From a virus: 64,000 nucleotides of DNA. Positions 8,547-18,110 of this stretch are shown piece by piece (the first letter of the stretch is position 1; each line of letters opens with the position of its first letter). Below the pieces are notes generated by a model, which saw only the letters and a program-made list of their open reading frames with translations, did not search any database and was not told the DNA's origin. The DNA is taken from IMG/VR virus record IMGVR_UViG_3300037130_000236, one strand, 5' to 3'. A program made the translations under genes and the position numbers.

Positions 8547-8634
8547 TCTGCACTGCCCCGAGTCGCCGGTTCCCGCCGGCGAGTTCCTCTCTGTAAGAGC
8601 CTTCCACTCAATGGACTAACTGCCCGCAATAATC

Positions 8635-8644
8635 CCTATACTAG
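8635..8644 (+). promoter_or_regulatory. Motif A copy (CCTATACTAG), putative late promoter
   Basis: Identical 10-mer at six sites, each ahead of a gene start; here it abuts the RBS of ORF 8655. Confidence 0.65.
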
Positions 8645-8654
8645 GGAGGTATGT

Positions 8655-9374
8655 ATGGCAACTTCTGGTCTTATTCCGATTCCGGAAGACCTGGCCCTTT
8701 TCCCCGTCCCCACCGAGAATGTGAATGGCCTCCTCGCCACCAGCGAGGACCTCGGCCTCACTGTTGAGGAAAAGCAGGAACTCGACAACTACCAGTCTGC
8801 GCTGCGGATTCTTGGTCCGGCAGCCGGAGCTGTGCTCATGTGTCCCGGCAACCAGGAGAATGTAGCGGACGAGGACAAGTGTCCGTACTCGTCGAAGTGT
8901 CCCTTGCTCCGGATGCACAAGGCCCCCGCGGACAAGATGTGTCCCGTTGAACGCCTGATTGTCGAAGAGCGTTTCAACGCCTGGTGCAGAGAGCTTTCCA
9001 CCGACCCGGTCCTGGCGAAGGAATCTGACCGAGTCGCTATTTCCGATCTCTGCTGGATCGACCTGCAGATGCAGCGTTCGCTGCACATCCTGAGCAAAGG
9101 AGATGAAGCTCGCCTCACGGTGACCAATCCCAAGGATGTTCACCCGGAGACATTCCTTCCTATCTCCTGGGAGAAAGTCATCCACCCGAACGTCGAGCTT
9201 TTGGTAACACTGCAGACCCAGCGCAGAATGATCTTGAAAGATTGGATGCTGACTCCTGAGCAGAAGTGGAAGAGGGAGAAGGCGGAAGGCAAGGGGTCTG
9301 GGAAGGACATAGCCAGCAAGCAATCAGCACGGGCCGACAAGCTCAGAGCGATCAAGTCAAGCAACGAGGATTAG
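8655..9374 (+). CDS. Cys-containing hypothetical protein; possible terminase small subunit
   Basis: Clear ORF with RBS; CP..CP..CP..CPVE motifs and a basic C-terminal helix; motif A upstream. The TerS call is inference only. Confidence 0.45.
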   Translation: MATSGLIPIPEDLALFPVPTENVNGLLATSEDLGLTVEEKQELDNYQSALRILGPAAGAVLMCPGNQENVADEDKCPYSSKCPLLRMHKAPADKMCPVERLIVEERFNAWCRELSTDPVLAKESDRVAISDLCWIDLQMQRSLHILSKGDEARLTVTNPKDVHPETFLPISWEKVIHPNVELLVTLQTQRRMILKDWMLTPEQKWKREKAEGKGSGKDIASKQSARADKLRAIKSSNED

Positions 9375-9465
9375 ACGGATCCCCACACGGAGATGGACCC
9401 AAATCCACCCGTACTCGCCGGGCCAACTGAAAGGTTGGCCCGGTGAATCCCCCCAAGAGGTAAGA

Positions 9466-11082
9466 ATGTCAGGACGCGGCAGGCCAAGAGCTAGCATTAC
9501 CAGGGAGCAGGTTGCAGCCGAACTCAAGGCTGGGTTGAACGTCAAACAGATCGCCAAGAAGTACAACTGCTCTCCTGACACAGTCGAGCGCAGGGCGAAC
9601 CCTACAGGCAGGAAAGACAAGCGTGTAGGGCATCATGGCGCTTCCGCCGCAAAGCCTTCCCCTTCTCCTGTCGACATTGGAACCTTCAAGACCACCGCCG
9701 AGGCAGAAGCTGAGGATCTGCCGAAATCGGATGCACAGCCCACCACTTCCGTCAATGGACGGCAGTGGCTGCTCTCCAAGGTGGTGGGCAACGACATCCG
9801 GCAACGGTACTGGTACAACAAGGACCAGGATCGCTACATCACGGTGATCCGTGGCGTGGGCGAGCCGATCGTGACCTCCGGCGCCGAGCACCGCGCCATC
9901 TGTGAAGCCTATTCCAACATGGTTGGGAAGAGTTCCACCCTGAATGAGATTGCGCGCGACTTCGGCATGCCCAGAGCCTGGCTGATCCAGTATCTGCACA
10001 TCCACGGCATCACCCACGACAAGGAGCCCTTCTCAGCCGAAGAGCTGATCGAGCGGACCACCGACGACCTGGTCGAAGATCTCTACAATATGAAGCGCCG
10101 TGCGGTCTTCACCGCCATGAACGAGAAGTCCTGGAAGGAGATCAAGAAACGGGCTGCCTTGTGGGACAATTTTGAGCATTCGGTATCACGGGTTGTCGAC
10201 GACTGGGCCAACCGCTTCGTTCCAGACTACCGCCCACAGTTGGTGAACATTGTGCGTGCGTCGAGGCCGTTCTCGGCCGTGGTCCTGCCGATGGACTTCC
10301 ACTATGGCAAGGGGTCCTGGTTCGACGAAGCCGGCCACAGCTACACACGGCAGAGTTGTAAGGATCTTCTGAGGTTCCACGCTGAGAACATCCTGAACAG
10401 CCTGGTGGTTCGCGGACGTCCGACTCGGATCGTTGTTCCCTTCGGCTCGGACTGGTTCCATGTGGACAATCAGTTCGGCAGCACCACGCGCGGCACGCCT
10501 CAGGACCTGGATGGCACACCCGAGATGATCCTGAGCGAGGGCCTCGAATTCAAAGTCGAGTTCTGCGACTGGCTTCGTCAAGTCGCACCGATCGTGCTTC
10601 TTCCTTGCCCCGGCAACCACGATCACCACTCTGACATTGCCTTGATGAAGTACCTGCAAGCCTGGTACCGCAATGACGATGATGTGGAGATCATCGACAG
10701 CCTGATGAGCCGCAACTACTACGTCTGCGACAACACGCTGATCGGCGCTACCCACGGCAACGACGTAAACCTTTCCGACCTGCCCACTCTGATGGCCAAC
10801 GAATGCCGCCAGGAATGGGCCCAGACCGCCCATCAGATATTTGTCACCGGACACACCCATAGCGAAGTGCTTGAGGACGACGGTGGCATCATGCACTACA
10901 CCTGCCCGTCGCTGTCGGCGGCAGATCGATGGCATGAAGGCCGCGGCTACAACCTCAACCGCCAGGCGATGGCTGCGATCATTCTCGATGAAGAGGATGG
11001 TCCCACCAACTTCGTCGTCTCAGCGCGCCAGAACCGGACCACCGTCGGCTTCAACATCAAGAACCGGTCGAGAGCGGCCTAA
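9466..11082 (+). CDS. Calcineurin-like metallophosphoesterase with N-terminal HTH
   Basis: DFHYG, GSDWFH, GNHD, HG and GHTH motifs in canonical order; N-terminal GLNVKQIAKKYNCSPDTVERR HTH. Confidence 0.85.
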   Translation: MSGRGRPRASITREQVAAELKAGLNVKQIAKKYNCSPDTVERRANPTGRKDKRVGHHGASAAKPSPSPVDIGTFKTTAEAEAEDLPKSDAQPTTSVNGRQWLLSKVVGNDIRQRYWYNKDQDRYITVIRGVGEPIVTSGAEHRAICEAYSNMVGKSSTLNEIARDFGMPRAWLIQYLHIHGITHDKEPFSAEELIERTTDDLVEDLYNMKRRAVFTAMNEKSWKEIKKRAALWDNFEHSVSRVVDDWANRFVPDYRPQLVNIVRASRPFSAVVLPMDFHYGKGSWFDEAGHSYTRQSCKDLLRFHAENILNSLVVRGRPTRIVVPFGSDWFHVDNQFGSTTRGTPQDLDGTPEMILSEGLEFKVEFCDWLRQVAPIVLLPCPGNHDHHSDIALMKYLQAWYRNDDDVEIIDSLMSRNYYVCDNTLIGATHGNDVNLSDLPTLMANECRQEWAQTAHQIFVTGHTHSEVLEDDGGIMHYTCPSLSAADRWHEGRGYNLNRQAMAAIILDEEDGPTNFVVSARQNRTTVGFNIKNRSRAA

Positions 11083-11159
11083 CCCACAATAGTTAGGAAC
11101 ACCAGCCGACAGCGCGCCTACCACCGGCGCGCTGTTGTCGCATTCGGTAGGACAGGACC

Positions 11160-11318
11160 ATGAAACCCTTCTCCACGCAGATCAAGAAGCCCGCACGAAA
11201 GGCCGCACTGACCGCGATGCCCACCCGTGTCATGAGGACAGGCGTGAGCCGGTCCGTGGTCGGCGGAGTAGCGCGCTCAGCCAGGACCGCCGGCGCCCGC
11301 AGGCTCCGCGGGGTTTGA
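11160..11318 (+). CDS. Small Arg/Lys-rich basic protein (52 aa, below the ORF-track cutoff)
   Basis: RBS aggacaggacc ATG; MKPFSTQIKKPARKAALTAMPTRVMRTGVSRSVVGGVARSARTAGARRLRGV. Confidence 0.55.
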   Translation: MKPFSTQIKKPARKAALTAMPTRVMRTGVSRSVVGGVARSARTAGARRLRGV

Positions 11319-11697
11319 TTCCTACAAGAAGACGGCCGCGATGGCCCAGCCAAAACCAGCAGCGCGGCCCACGGCAGCCAAGAAGGCCAAAGCCGCATAA
11401 TCCTCAACTTCCAGGCCTTCCAAACGGGCCTGCCAGCGCAGACCCCGTTCTTTTTCGCCAGTCTGCCCGCCCTTTTTCTGTGCTGCCGCTTCGCGTCAGA
11501 CTTGGTTTGGCCCAGCCGACGGGCTTGAGTACCTTGCATGAGTGCCCCATCATTCAACGGTGAAGGGTATTGGAATCCCAGGCTCCGTGCACCTTTGCTC
11601 TGTGACCTCGGGTACATACTGCAATTTAGATCTCGTGGTACACACAGTGTAGGTTGCTAATCACCAACAGACACATTCAAAAGGAGGTTTCGTACAA

Positions 11698-12111
11698 ATG
11701 TCTCGATACGCTGACGTAACATTCAGGTGGTTGTTTGTTGCAGTTATCATCTCCATGATCGCCATTGAGCCTCGGGCCAATGCGATCCAGGCAACAACGA
11801 ATCAACCGAATCGTATGACTCAAAACACTGAACAGGCGATTATCAAAAAAACTGTACAACAAAAGTTAGGGCAATCGCCATTATTCAAAATCAATAAGAT
11901 TTCAGTGGCATCTGATTTTGCATTAGTGCTTTGGGTCCAAGGAGAAGGTGGGGGCGTAGTGTTGTTAAAAGAAACTTCTGGAACCTGGAATATCCTTGCC
12001 CATAGTGGCGGATGGTATGGGTTGAAAGACCTGAAGGAATATGGAGTGCCACAGGAGATTGCCGAACGGCTGCTAACCCAAGCTGATCCCAAATGGCGCA
12101 ATTACGAATGA
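11698..12111 (+). CDS. Secreted hypothetical protein (low GC, accessory)
   Basis: RBS aaggaggt; hydrophobic N-terminal signal/anchor; AT-rich codons. Confidence 0.75.
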   Translation: MSRYADVTFRWLFVAVIISMIAIEPRANAIQATTNQPNRMTQNTEQAIIKKTVQQKLGQSPLFKINKISVASDFALVLWVQGEGGGVVLLKETSGTWNILAHSGGWYGLKDLKEYGVPQEIAERLLTQADPKWRNYE

Positions 12112-12276
12112 ATCCAGCCGCATGCCTATCAGCCTGTGGCAAAAGTCGAGAAGCCCGAGGTTCGTGCTATCTCAAGTCCGAAAATCCGGACTTGGGGCAC
12201 CCAGGCTTCGTACTGAATCTCAGTCGCGGGACGTGAACCCGCCCGACGCCTATCGTCGCATGCGTCCTTCGTCATC

Positions 12277-12750
12277 TTACGGGGTGCATAGGTCGTTATA
12301 TGCGGCTGAGTTCTGAGCCTTCAGAAGCACTATGAGAGTCCAAATTCCGATTGCGGTTCCTATTGGAAACTCAGTTAGATTTACCAGGGCAATAATTGCC
12401 GCGATAATGGACGCAGTCCTGCCCCATTTTTGCAGGGTAAGTAGCCCGATTGCAGCAATTAAACCCGACAAAACAGAAGCCCAAGCCGCGAATATAACAA
12501 CGCCCGTGATGAAACGGATATTCTCGGGGGTCTCATCCCAATGCTTATAGCCAACCCAGAGGATGACGATGTTCAGTGCGACATTCGCCAACCAACAGAA
12601 AGCGAGAGCCCGGAGTTTCCTTCCAAGACCAATATGCAGTAGTGGAACAAATGGCTGTGAGGGAGTGCTAGCGGTATCCGTCGCCTTTCCGCAATTCGGG
12701 CAAAAACTTTGCGTTCCAATCAGGGGTTGACCGCATCCAGAGCAATACAT
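12277..12750 (-). CDS. Zinc-ribbon plus multi-TM membrane protein
   Basis: MYCSGCG...FCPNCG zinc ribbon followed by about four hydrophobic helices. Confidence 0.8.
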   Translation of the reverse strand: MYCSGCGQPLIGTQSFCPNCGKATDTASTPSQPFVPLLHIGLGRKLRALAFCWLANVALNIVILWVGYKHWDETPENIRFITGVVIFAAWASVLSGLIAAIGLLTLQKWGRTASIIAAIIALVNLTEFPIGTAIGIWTLIVLLKAQNSAAYNDLCTP

Positions 12751-12782
12751 AGTGTCTCCTCATCCGCTACTAGTGGATTCCT

Positions 12783-13328
12783 TTACTTGGCATACTTTGC
12801 GCAGTCAATTTGCGGAGGACTGGGCACTTGATTGAGAGTTAGGTTGCTCCCAGATTGCCCCCTGTAATACCACGTTCCTTTTGACTTCATCATTGGAATT
12901 GCAGTCACTTGAGAATGGTTGCTAGTGTCCTGATATAACCCCCAACCATTCCCTGACCATTGTCTCTCGGTCGCGCCTTGCATGTACATCATTCCTTGCC
13001 ACTCGATGCCGTTCAGCTTATCGGCATCCGACAAAGCGTTTTCGATTACGCCAACGGAGCTACCGTTGTCTTCGACTAGTCCTCGACCGTTGTAGCCAGA
13101 AACTGAGGCCATTGTCAAATTGAAAAGCGAGCCGCCCCATGCGTAAGTCAAATACCGGTCGCCGCAGTGGGTACCAACCCTGTCGTAATACTGGCCGGCC
13201 GCGGCTTTGGCCTCTGTGCTTCCTGACTTGCAGCCGGAGGTGAAGGCAAGCGCACAGCAGAATAGCGACAAGGCCACCGCCAGACGCCAACTGGTCCGCC
13301 CAAAGTGGCGGGCATTCCACAGGATCAT
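12783..13328 (-). CDS. Putative lipoprotein
   Basis: Signal peptide ending AFTSGC (lipobox-like); RBS aaggag. Confidence 0.7.
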   Translation of the reverse strand: MILWNARHFGRTSWRLAVALSLFCCALAFTSGCKSGSTEAKAAAGQYYDRVGTHCGDRYLTYAWGGSLFNLTMASVSGYNGRGLVEDNGSSVGVIENALSDADKLNGIEWQGMMYMQGATERQWSGNGWGLYQDTSNHSQVTAIPMMKSKGTWYYRGQSGSNLTLNQVPSPPQIDCAKYAK

Positions 13329-13354
13329 AAAATCTCCTTAACCGGGGGACGCTC

Positions 13355-13384
13355 CGAGTATATTACCCCCCGCGTATACAAGGC
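13355..13384 (-). promoter_or_regulatory. Sigma70-like promoter for the lipoprotein / zinc-ribbon genes
   Basis: Minus strand TTGCCT-18 nt-TATACT upstream of the 13328 start. Confidence 0.45.
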
Positions 13385-13633
13385 AATCTTGTGAAAGAAG
13401 CGGGTGCGTCGGCCAGCCGCATTCAGCCTGGTGGAAGACGACAGTTTATTCGGGTGGGGATCCTGTGTCGTCTTCATGGGCAGGAGTCCTGCCGCGCCAT
13501 CTACGAGGGAGTCGGTTGACGAGAACAGCCACTCATCCAGACACGTTTTGATCATGGTTGCTGCTTCGCAACGCCGGTAAAACGGCGTTTGCAGTGATTT
13601 GCAGAAGCCGGTTCGGGGATGCGTCAACAGAAC

Positions 13634-13643
13634 CCTATACTAG
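13634..13643 (+). promoter_or_regulatory. Motif A copy (CCTATACTAG)
   Basis: Exact copy about 20 nt upstream of GTG 13664. Confidence 0.65.
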
Positions 13644-13663
13644 ACAGCTTCCAGGAGTCCGAT

Positions 13664-13912
13664 GTGAACAATCCCTTCAATCCGATCATGAGCACACTGA
13701 GGGTAACGAACTGGCGAGCTGTCGGGTTTGCCGCAGCCTCTGGAGGTGCTCAGTTTGCTGCCGGCTCCGCAGCGGTAGGTGCCATCGTCGGACGAAAGAA
13801 CCACAAAGTCAGCGCCATGGGAAGAGGGGCACTGTATGGAGGTGCAGCCGGCACCGTGGGCGCAGCGGGCTTCTCTGTATGGGCCCAACGCGCTCTCCGG
13901 GCTGCAGCGTAA
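13664..13912 (+). CDS. Small Gly/Ala-rich hydrophobic protein (glycine-zipper-like)
   Basis: SD AGGAG plus GTG 13664; GxxxG-rich; N-terminus MNNPFNPIMSTL. Confidence 0.65.
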   Translation: MNNPFNPIMSTLRVTNWRAVGFAAASGGAQFAAGSAAVGAIVGRKNHKVSAMGRGALYGGAAGTVGAAGFSVWAQRALRAAA

Positions 13913-13933
13913 CCAAGAGATTCGGAAGGCCAT

Positions 13934-14608
13934 TTGCCCAGATTTGCTCCAGCAACACTCGCCGTCATGTCCGGCTCCGCAGTTCTTGGCGGGGCATTCG
14001 GCTTTTCGCGCGCCAGTGCCGCTGCTCAGGATGATCCTGCTCCTGAACGGCTTGGATTCTCGATTGTTCAAGGCGGGGCCACGGCCGCCGTGGCCGCCGG
14101 CGTCGGAGCGTTCGCGTGGAAGAGCCGTGACATCCTGGCTCCCGCAGCCTGGGGAACTGCCAGGGGCATCGGCGAGAGTGCCACCCGGTCCATGAGCCGT
14201 GCCTTTCAGACCAAGGGACTTACCGGGATGCTGAGTCACCCTCTCACCGTGGCCGGCTTCGGCACGGTTGCTGGGGGCCTGATCGGTTCCAAGTTGAGTG
14301 ACGACCCCGTCAGAGGAGCTGCCGCCGGCGCGGCCATCGGGGGCGTAACGACTCTGGCTGCCCGCGGAGCAACGAAACTCTGGGGCGGATCTCCCTGGTA
14401 TGCGAAGGCTGCCCTGGTGGCGGCCGCTGCCATTGGAGCAGGCACAGCGACGCATGCCTTTACGCACGAAGATTCCTATGCCGCCGAGGATCATGCCGTC
14501 AGTGACGGTTCCGGAGGCTACGAGACAGATCCCGGTGTCCGCCGGCGCATGGCTTCGATGAATGCCACAGGAGATGTGGTCTTTGGTCTCCATTCAAGGC
14601 GCCACTAA
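13934..14608 (+). CDS. Gly/Ala-rich membrane-associated protein, possible ejection/pilot protein
   Basis: Several GxxxG hydrophobic segments; operon position before the terminase. Confidence 0.6.
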   Translation: MPRFAPATLAVMSGSAVLGGAFGFSRASAAAQDDPAPERLGFSIVQGGATAAVAAGVGAFAWKSRDILAPAAWGTARGIGESATRSMSRAFQTKGLTGMLSHPLTVAGFGTVAGGLIGSKLSDDPVRGAAAGAAIGGVTTLAARGATKLWGGSPWYAKAALVAAAAIGAGTATHAFTHEDSYAAEDHAVSDGSGGYETDPGVRRRMASMNATGDVVFGLHSRRH

Positions 14609-15138
14609 TGCCCATCGATCTCAATCAGGCTGCACAAACGAACTTCGGCAATGCCACCCAAAGTGTACGGATGGCGCCATCGAAGGCCTTCTGGCGCGGG
14701 GCGAGCGCCGGCACGTTTGGCGCTGCCTCTGGCGTCCTGATGGTGGCGCACGAAGCGGCGGCCGCCCAGCGCGGCGAAGTTGTCCCCACCACTTTGGGGC
14801 GTAGCGCGAGCCTGGTGACCTATCCAGCTTTGGCCGGGACGATTGCGGCCGGCACTTCAACTCTTGCAGCCGTGATGGGTCTCTCGATTCCTCTCGTGGG
14901 CCCTCTCGCTTGCATCGCAGCCCTCTACCCGGATGCGGTGCTTGGCAATTCGGTGAGTCGTGCAATACGCGGAGTGACCGACCTCGGCCGGCAGATCCGC
15001 CATCTGGAGTTTGGTGGGCACTACACCGACACCGAGACTGCTCAGCGCCTGCGTATGCAGGCTTTCTATGAGATGAGCGGCGCCACTTCGGCGGCCCGCC
15101 GTTACCTGGGCCAAGAGGCCTACTTCCTTCACCGGTAA
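14608..15138 (+). CDS. Gly/Ala-rich hydrophobic protein, possible virion protein
   Basis: Coupled ORF; hydrophobic middle, C-terminal helix (QRLRMQAFYEMS...LGQEAYFLH). Confidence 0.65.
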   Translation: MPIDLNQAAQTNFGNATQSVRMAPSKAFWRGASAGTFGAASGVLMVAHEAAAAQRGEVVPTTLGRSASLVTYPALAGTIAAGTSTLAAVMGLSIPLVGPLACIAALYPDAVLGNSVSRAIRGVTDLGRQIRHLEFGGHYTDTETAQRLRMQAFYEMSGATSAARRYLGQEAYFLHR

Positions 15139-15148
15139 TGGAGACAAA

Positions 15149-15424
15149 GTGAACAACCCACTCAATGCTATTTGGAGTTCTCTCAGCTCGGCAGCCAAAT
15201 GGACGGCTGGCCGGGTGTCGCAACCTGGAATTGCAAGGAATGCTGCGATTGGTACGGGTATCGTCGCCGGTGCCGGCATTGCCGGAGGAGTCGGCGGTGC
15301 CTACAAGAACTGGTCCATTGGCGGGAATCAGGACAAGGCCCGGTCCGCCCGGATCGGCGCAACCCTCGGTGTCCTCGGAGCAGGTTCTGTGCTCGGAGTT
15401 CGTGCCCTTGCAAAGCGCGTTTAA
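15149..15424 (+). CDS. Small glycine-zipper protein, likely paralogue of 13664..13912
   Basis: N-terminus MNNPLNAIWSSL; GTGIVAGAGIAGGVGG. Confidence 0.65.
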   Translation: MNNPLNAIWSSLSSAAKWTAGRVSQPGIARNAAIGTGIVAGAGIAGGVGGAYKNWSIGGNQDKARSARIGATLGVLGAGSVLGVRALAKRV

Positions 15425-15457
15425 CCCAACCTTCAACCTTCGGAAAGTGAGTGCCTC

Positions 15458-15910
15458 ATGGGATCTCCCGTCACCATTTCCAACCCGGCTCCCGGCTGTT
15501 CGTACCTGAACTACCCGCGTGCTGTGTTGAATACACCCCATCCTGTCTACGGCGGGAACCTTGCTGGCTTCGGCGTGGGGGATCTGCCCACCCAGTTCGA
15601 GTCAGGCCTTCCCGTGTTCACGGCCATCACGGCAAATGCAACTTCGGGGCTGATCGACGTTGCCGCCAACGCAATCGAGTTGGATGCGACCTTCAGCGAT
15701 CTGCACACCAGCTGCACGATCACGGTCTTCCTCGCGGACGGCGAAACAGTCGTCGCCACCTGGAACAACGTGTCGACTCTCAACAGCGGCAACCTGTATG
15801 CCGGCTTTGCCGAGCAGCGCAAGCTCATCGGCGGTGGTTCCCTGGTCTTTCAGGTCTCGAACTACGACGGCGCCGGCTCCATCACCCTCTCGGTTCGCCG
15901 CACCGGCTAA
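15458..15910 (+). CDS. Hypothetical beta-rich protein, possibly structural
   Basis: 150-aa ORF with alternating hydrophobic pattern. Confidence 0.65.
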   Translation: MGSPVTISNPAPGCSYLNYPRAVLNTPHPVYGGNLAGFGVGDLPTQFESGLPVFTAITANATSGLIDVAANAIELDATFSDLHTSCTITVFLADGETVVATWNNVSTLNSGNLYAGFAEQRKLIGGGSLVFQVSNYDGAGSITLSVRRTG

Positions 15911-16001
15911 GAGTTGGTGTTTACCCAGAGTAGGCACCCTACAAAGGCTTCGTCCGCTGAGCCAGCCTGGCAAATCAGCGGATCTCTCCAAGGAATCCCA
16001 C

Positions 16002-18110
16002 TTGAGTACCGGATTCGTTCCGTTGGCGGATCTGGTTGCCGGCCTCACGCCGGATGATCAGACCTTCTTTGCCAACACCATCAAACGAGATCACGAAGCT
16101 GCAGGCACCGACCAGGAGGGAATCCTGCGCCGGATCTTGGGCTGTAAGCAGTGCCAGGACTGTGTCGCAGGCTACAAGCAGAAGCATCCTGGTAAAGCAT
16201 TCGGAATCAAGTGCTTCGGTGTCTATGACACTCCCGATTACGAGGCGATGCAGGCTGACCTGCACGCCCGTGGTGATGACATGGAGCTGGACGAGATCCG
16301 TGAGATCTATGATCCGGCGTTCTGGTCCACCAGGTACATGGTTCTGCGCGACGATCAGGGCAACATCGAGCCTTGCGCGCCGCGCGTATACCAGGAAGAG
16401 GCGCTCCGCTGCACTTCCCCGCGCAAGGTCGACAGGTGGGGCCGTGGCCTGGGCAAGACCCTCTGCGGCGTCATCGAAGAACTCCACTTCATCAGCATCA
16501 ACAAGAACACCGAAGTCATGGTGGTGGCGCCTTCCCAGGCGCAAGCCCAGCTGTGGTGGGATGAGATCGTCTTCCAGATCGAGAACTCGCCGGCGCTCGG
16601 CGGCAACGACTTCCTGATCTCGAAGAAGCAGCAACCTTATTACTACATGCGATTCGGCAACGGATCGGTCATCAAGATCTTCACGGCCGGATCGAAGTCC
16701 GGCAAGGGCGCAGATTCCGTCCGTAGCCAATCCCCGCGGCGTATCCGGCTGGAGGAGCAGGACTACCTGGCGGACAAGGATTACCAGGCCATCATGCCGC
16801 TGATGCGCCGGTTCAAGAACATCACCTTCCACGGCTCCTCGACCCCAACCGGCCTGCGCGGGATGTTCTGGCAGATGTGCAACAAGCTGCCGGACTACAA
16901 AGAGTTCTTCCACCCGATCATGGATCACCCGAACTGGGGGACCGATCAGCTGAACGAGGAAGTCTGCCTGGCCGAGGCCCAGACCCTCGAGAAGTATCGT
17001 CACGAATGGCTGGCCGAGTTCGGCGACCCAACCGCCGGCGTGTTCAAGTCTGCCTTCGTTGACTGGGCCATGAAGCCCTACAGCCTCAAGACTCTCATCT
17101 ACGACGCAAACAAGCGTCATGTGATGGGAATCGACTGGAACGGCAAGGGCACCGGCACCCGGATTGTGGTCACCCAATACGACCCCACCACCCGCAAGCG
17201 GCGAGTGGTTCACCACGAGGCGATCGACGACGACAAGGCAACGACCAAGAAGTCCTTCAACAGGATCGTGGAGCTGAACAAGCTCTGGCATTGCGACTAT
17301 GTGTACGTCGATGCCGGCTTCGGCTTTGTTCAGGACGAACTCATCAAGGACATCGGCGTTCAGGCCGGCACATTTGATTCGGATACCGCGAAGCTGAAGT
17401 ACATCAACGTCATCGACTTCGGCGCCAAGCTGGAGACCAACGCTCTTGTTCCCAACCGGGACCCGGACTCGAAGTACCTGCCCAACCCCAAGGACGACAT
17501 TCTCAAACGGCGCACCAAGCCGTTCATGGTCGAGGGCGTGGTCATGGCCTTCGAGATGGAGCTGGTGGAGGTTTCGCGCGAGTATGCACTGCTCGAGGAA
17601 CAGCTTCGTGGCTTCCGGGTCAAGACCTGGACCAAGGGCGGAGCTGCCGACACCTACTCGACCGATGCCGACTCAGGCGATCACGATCTCGATGCTTTCA
17701 TGTTGTCGATGCTGGGAATCGAGCTGAACTACGGTCTCTGGCACACCAAGGAAACCGTCAGGCGTTTGGTACAAATCGCCCATGTGTCAGGCTGGGGATT
17801 GCCGTCCACTGTAATTAGCCAGCAGACGGCGTCGCCTGTCCAGACGCCAGGGGCGCCGGCCCCGGCTGCCACCGAGAGGATGCGTGAACTCAAACGCGAG
17901 ACCTCCGGTGTTCCTGCGCGAACCAAGCCAGAAAGCAACCTGCAGGAGCAGTACCGTTTGCTTCACATGGCGAGGCAGAGCTACACCGTGGTGCCTGTCA
18001 ACTCACCTGGGTCCGCCGGCAATGGTCGCGTTCCTTCCCGCACCAGCTTCTTTCAGAATTCAACCCGGCCCGGATTTGGCAGTGCCGGTCGTCGTTTTGG
18101 TGGTGGTTAA
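16002..18110 (+). CDS. terL: Terminase large subunit
   Basis: Walker A RWGRGLGKT, Walker B-like RIRLEEQD, motif III GSSTP, RNase-H-like GIDWN...D...DHDLDA. Start TTG 16002 after SD aagga; the track ORF from 15660 overlaps the previous gene. Confidence 0.92.
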   Translation: MSTGFVPLADLVAGLTPDDQTFFANTIKRDHEAAGTDQEGILRRILGCKQCQDCVAGYKQKHPGKAFGIKCFGVYDTPDYEAMQADLHARGDDMELDEIREIYDPAFWSTRYMVLRDDQGNIEPCAPRVYQEEALRCTSPRKVDRWGRGLGKTLCGVIEELHFISINKNTEVMVVAPSQAQAQLWWDEIVFQIENSPALGGNDFLISKKQQPYYYMRFGNGSVIKIFTAGSKSGKGADSVRSQSPRRIRLEEQDYLADKDYQAIMPLMRRFKNITFHGSSTPTGLRGMFWQMCNKLPDYKEFFHPIMDHPNWGTDQLNEEVCLAEAQTLEKYRHEWLAEFGDPTAGVFKSAFVDWAMKPYSLKTLIYDANKRHVMGIDWNGKGTGTRIVVTQYDPTTRKRRVVHHEAIDDDKATTKKSFNRIVELNKLWHCDYVYVDAGFGFVQDELIKDIGVQAGTFDSDTAKLKYINVIDFGAKLETNALVPNRDPDSKYLPNPKDDILKRRTKPFMVEGVVMAFEMELVEVSREYALLEEQLRGFRVKTWTKGGAADTYSTDADSGDHDLDAFMLSMLGIELNYGLWHTKETVRRLVQIAHVSGWGLPSTVISQQTASPVQTPGAPAPAATERMRELKRETSGVPARTKPESNLQEQYRLLHMARQSYTVVPVNSPGSAGNGRVPSRTSFFQNSTRPGFGSAGRRFGGG

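Noticed and set aside
15660-16001. N-terminal extension of TerL given by the ORF track
   Set aside because: It overlaps gene 15458..15910 in another frame and reads as non-protein-like. A TTG with SD at 16002 is the better start.
16002-18110. Intein in the terminase
   Set aside because: No C/S...HN splice junctions or LAGLIDADG motifs, and the ATPase and nuclease motifs are contiguous.
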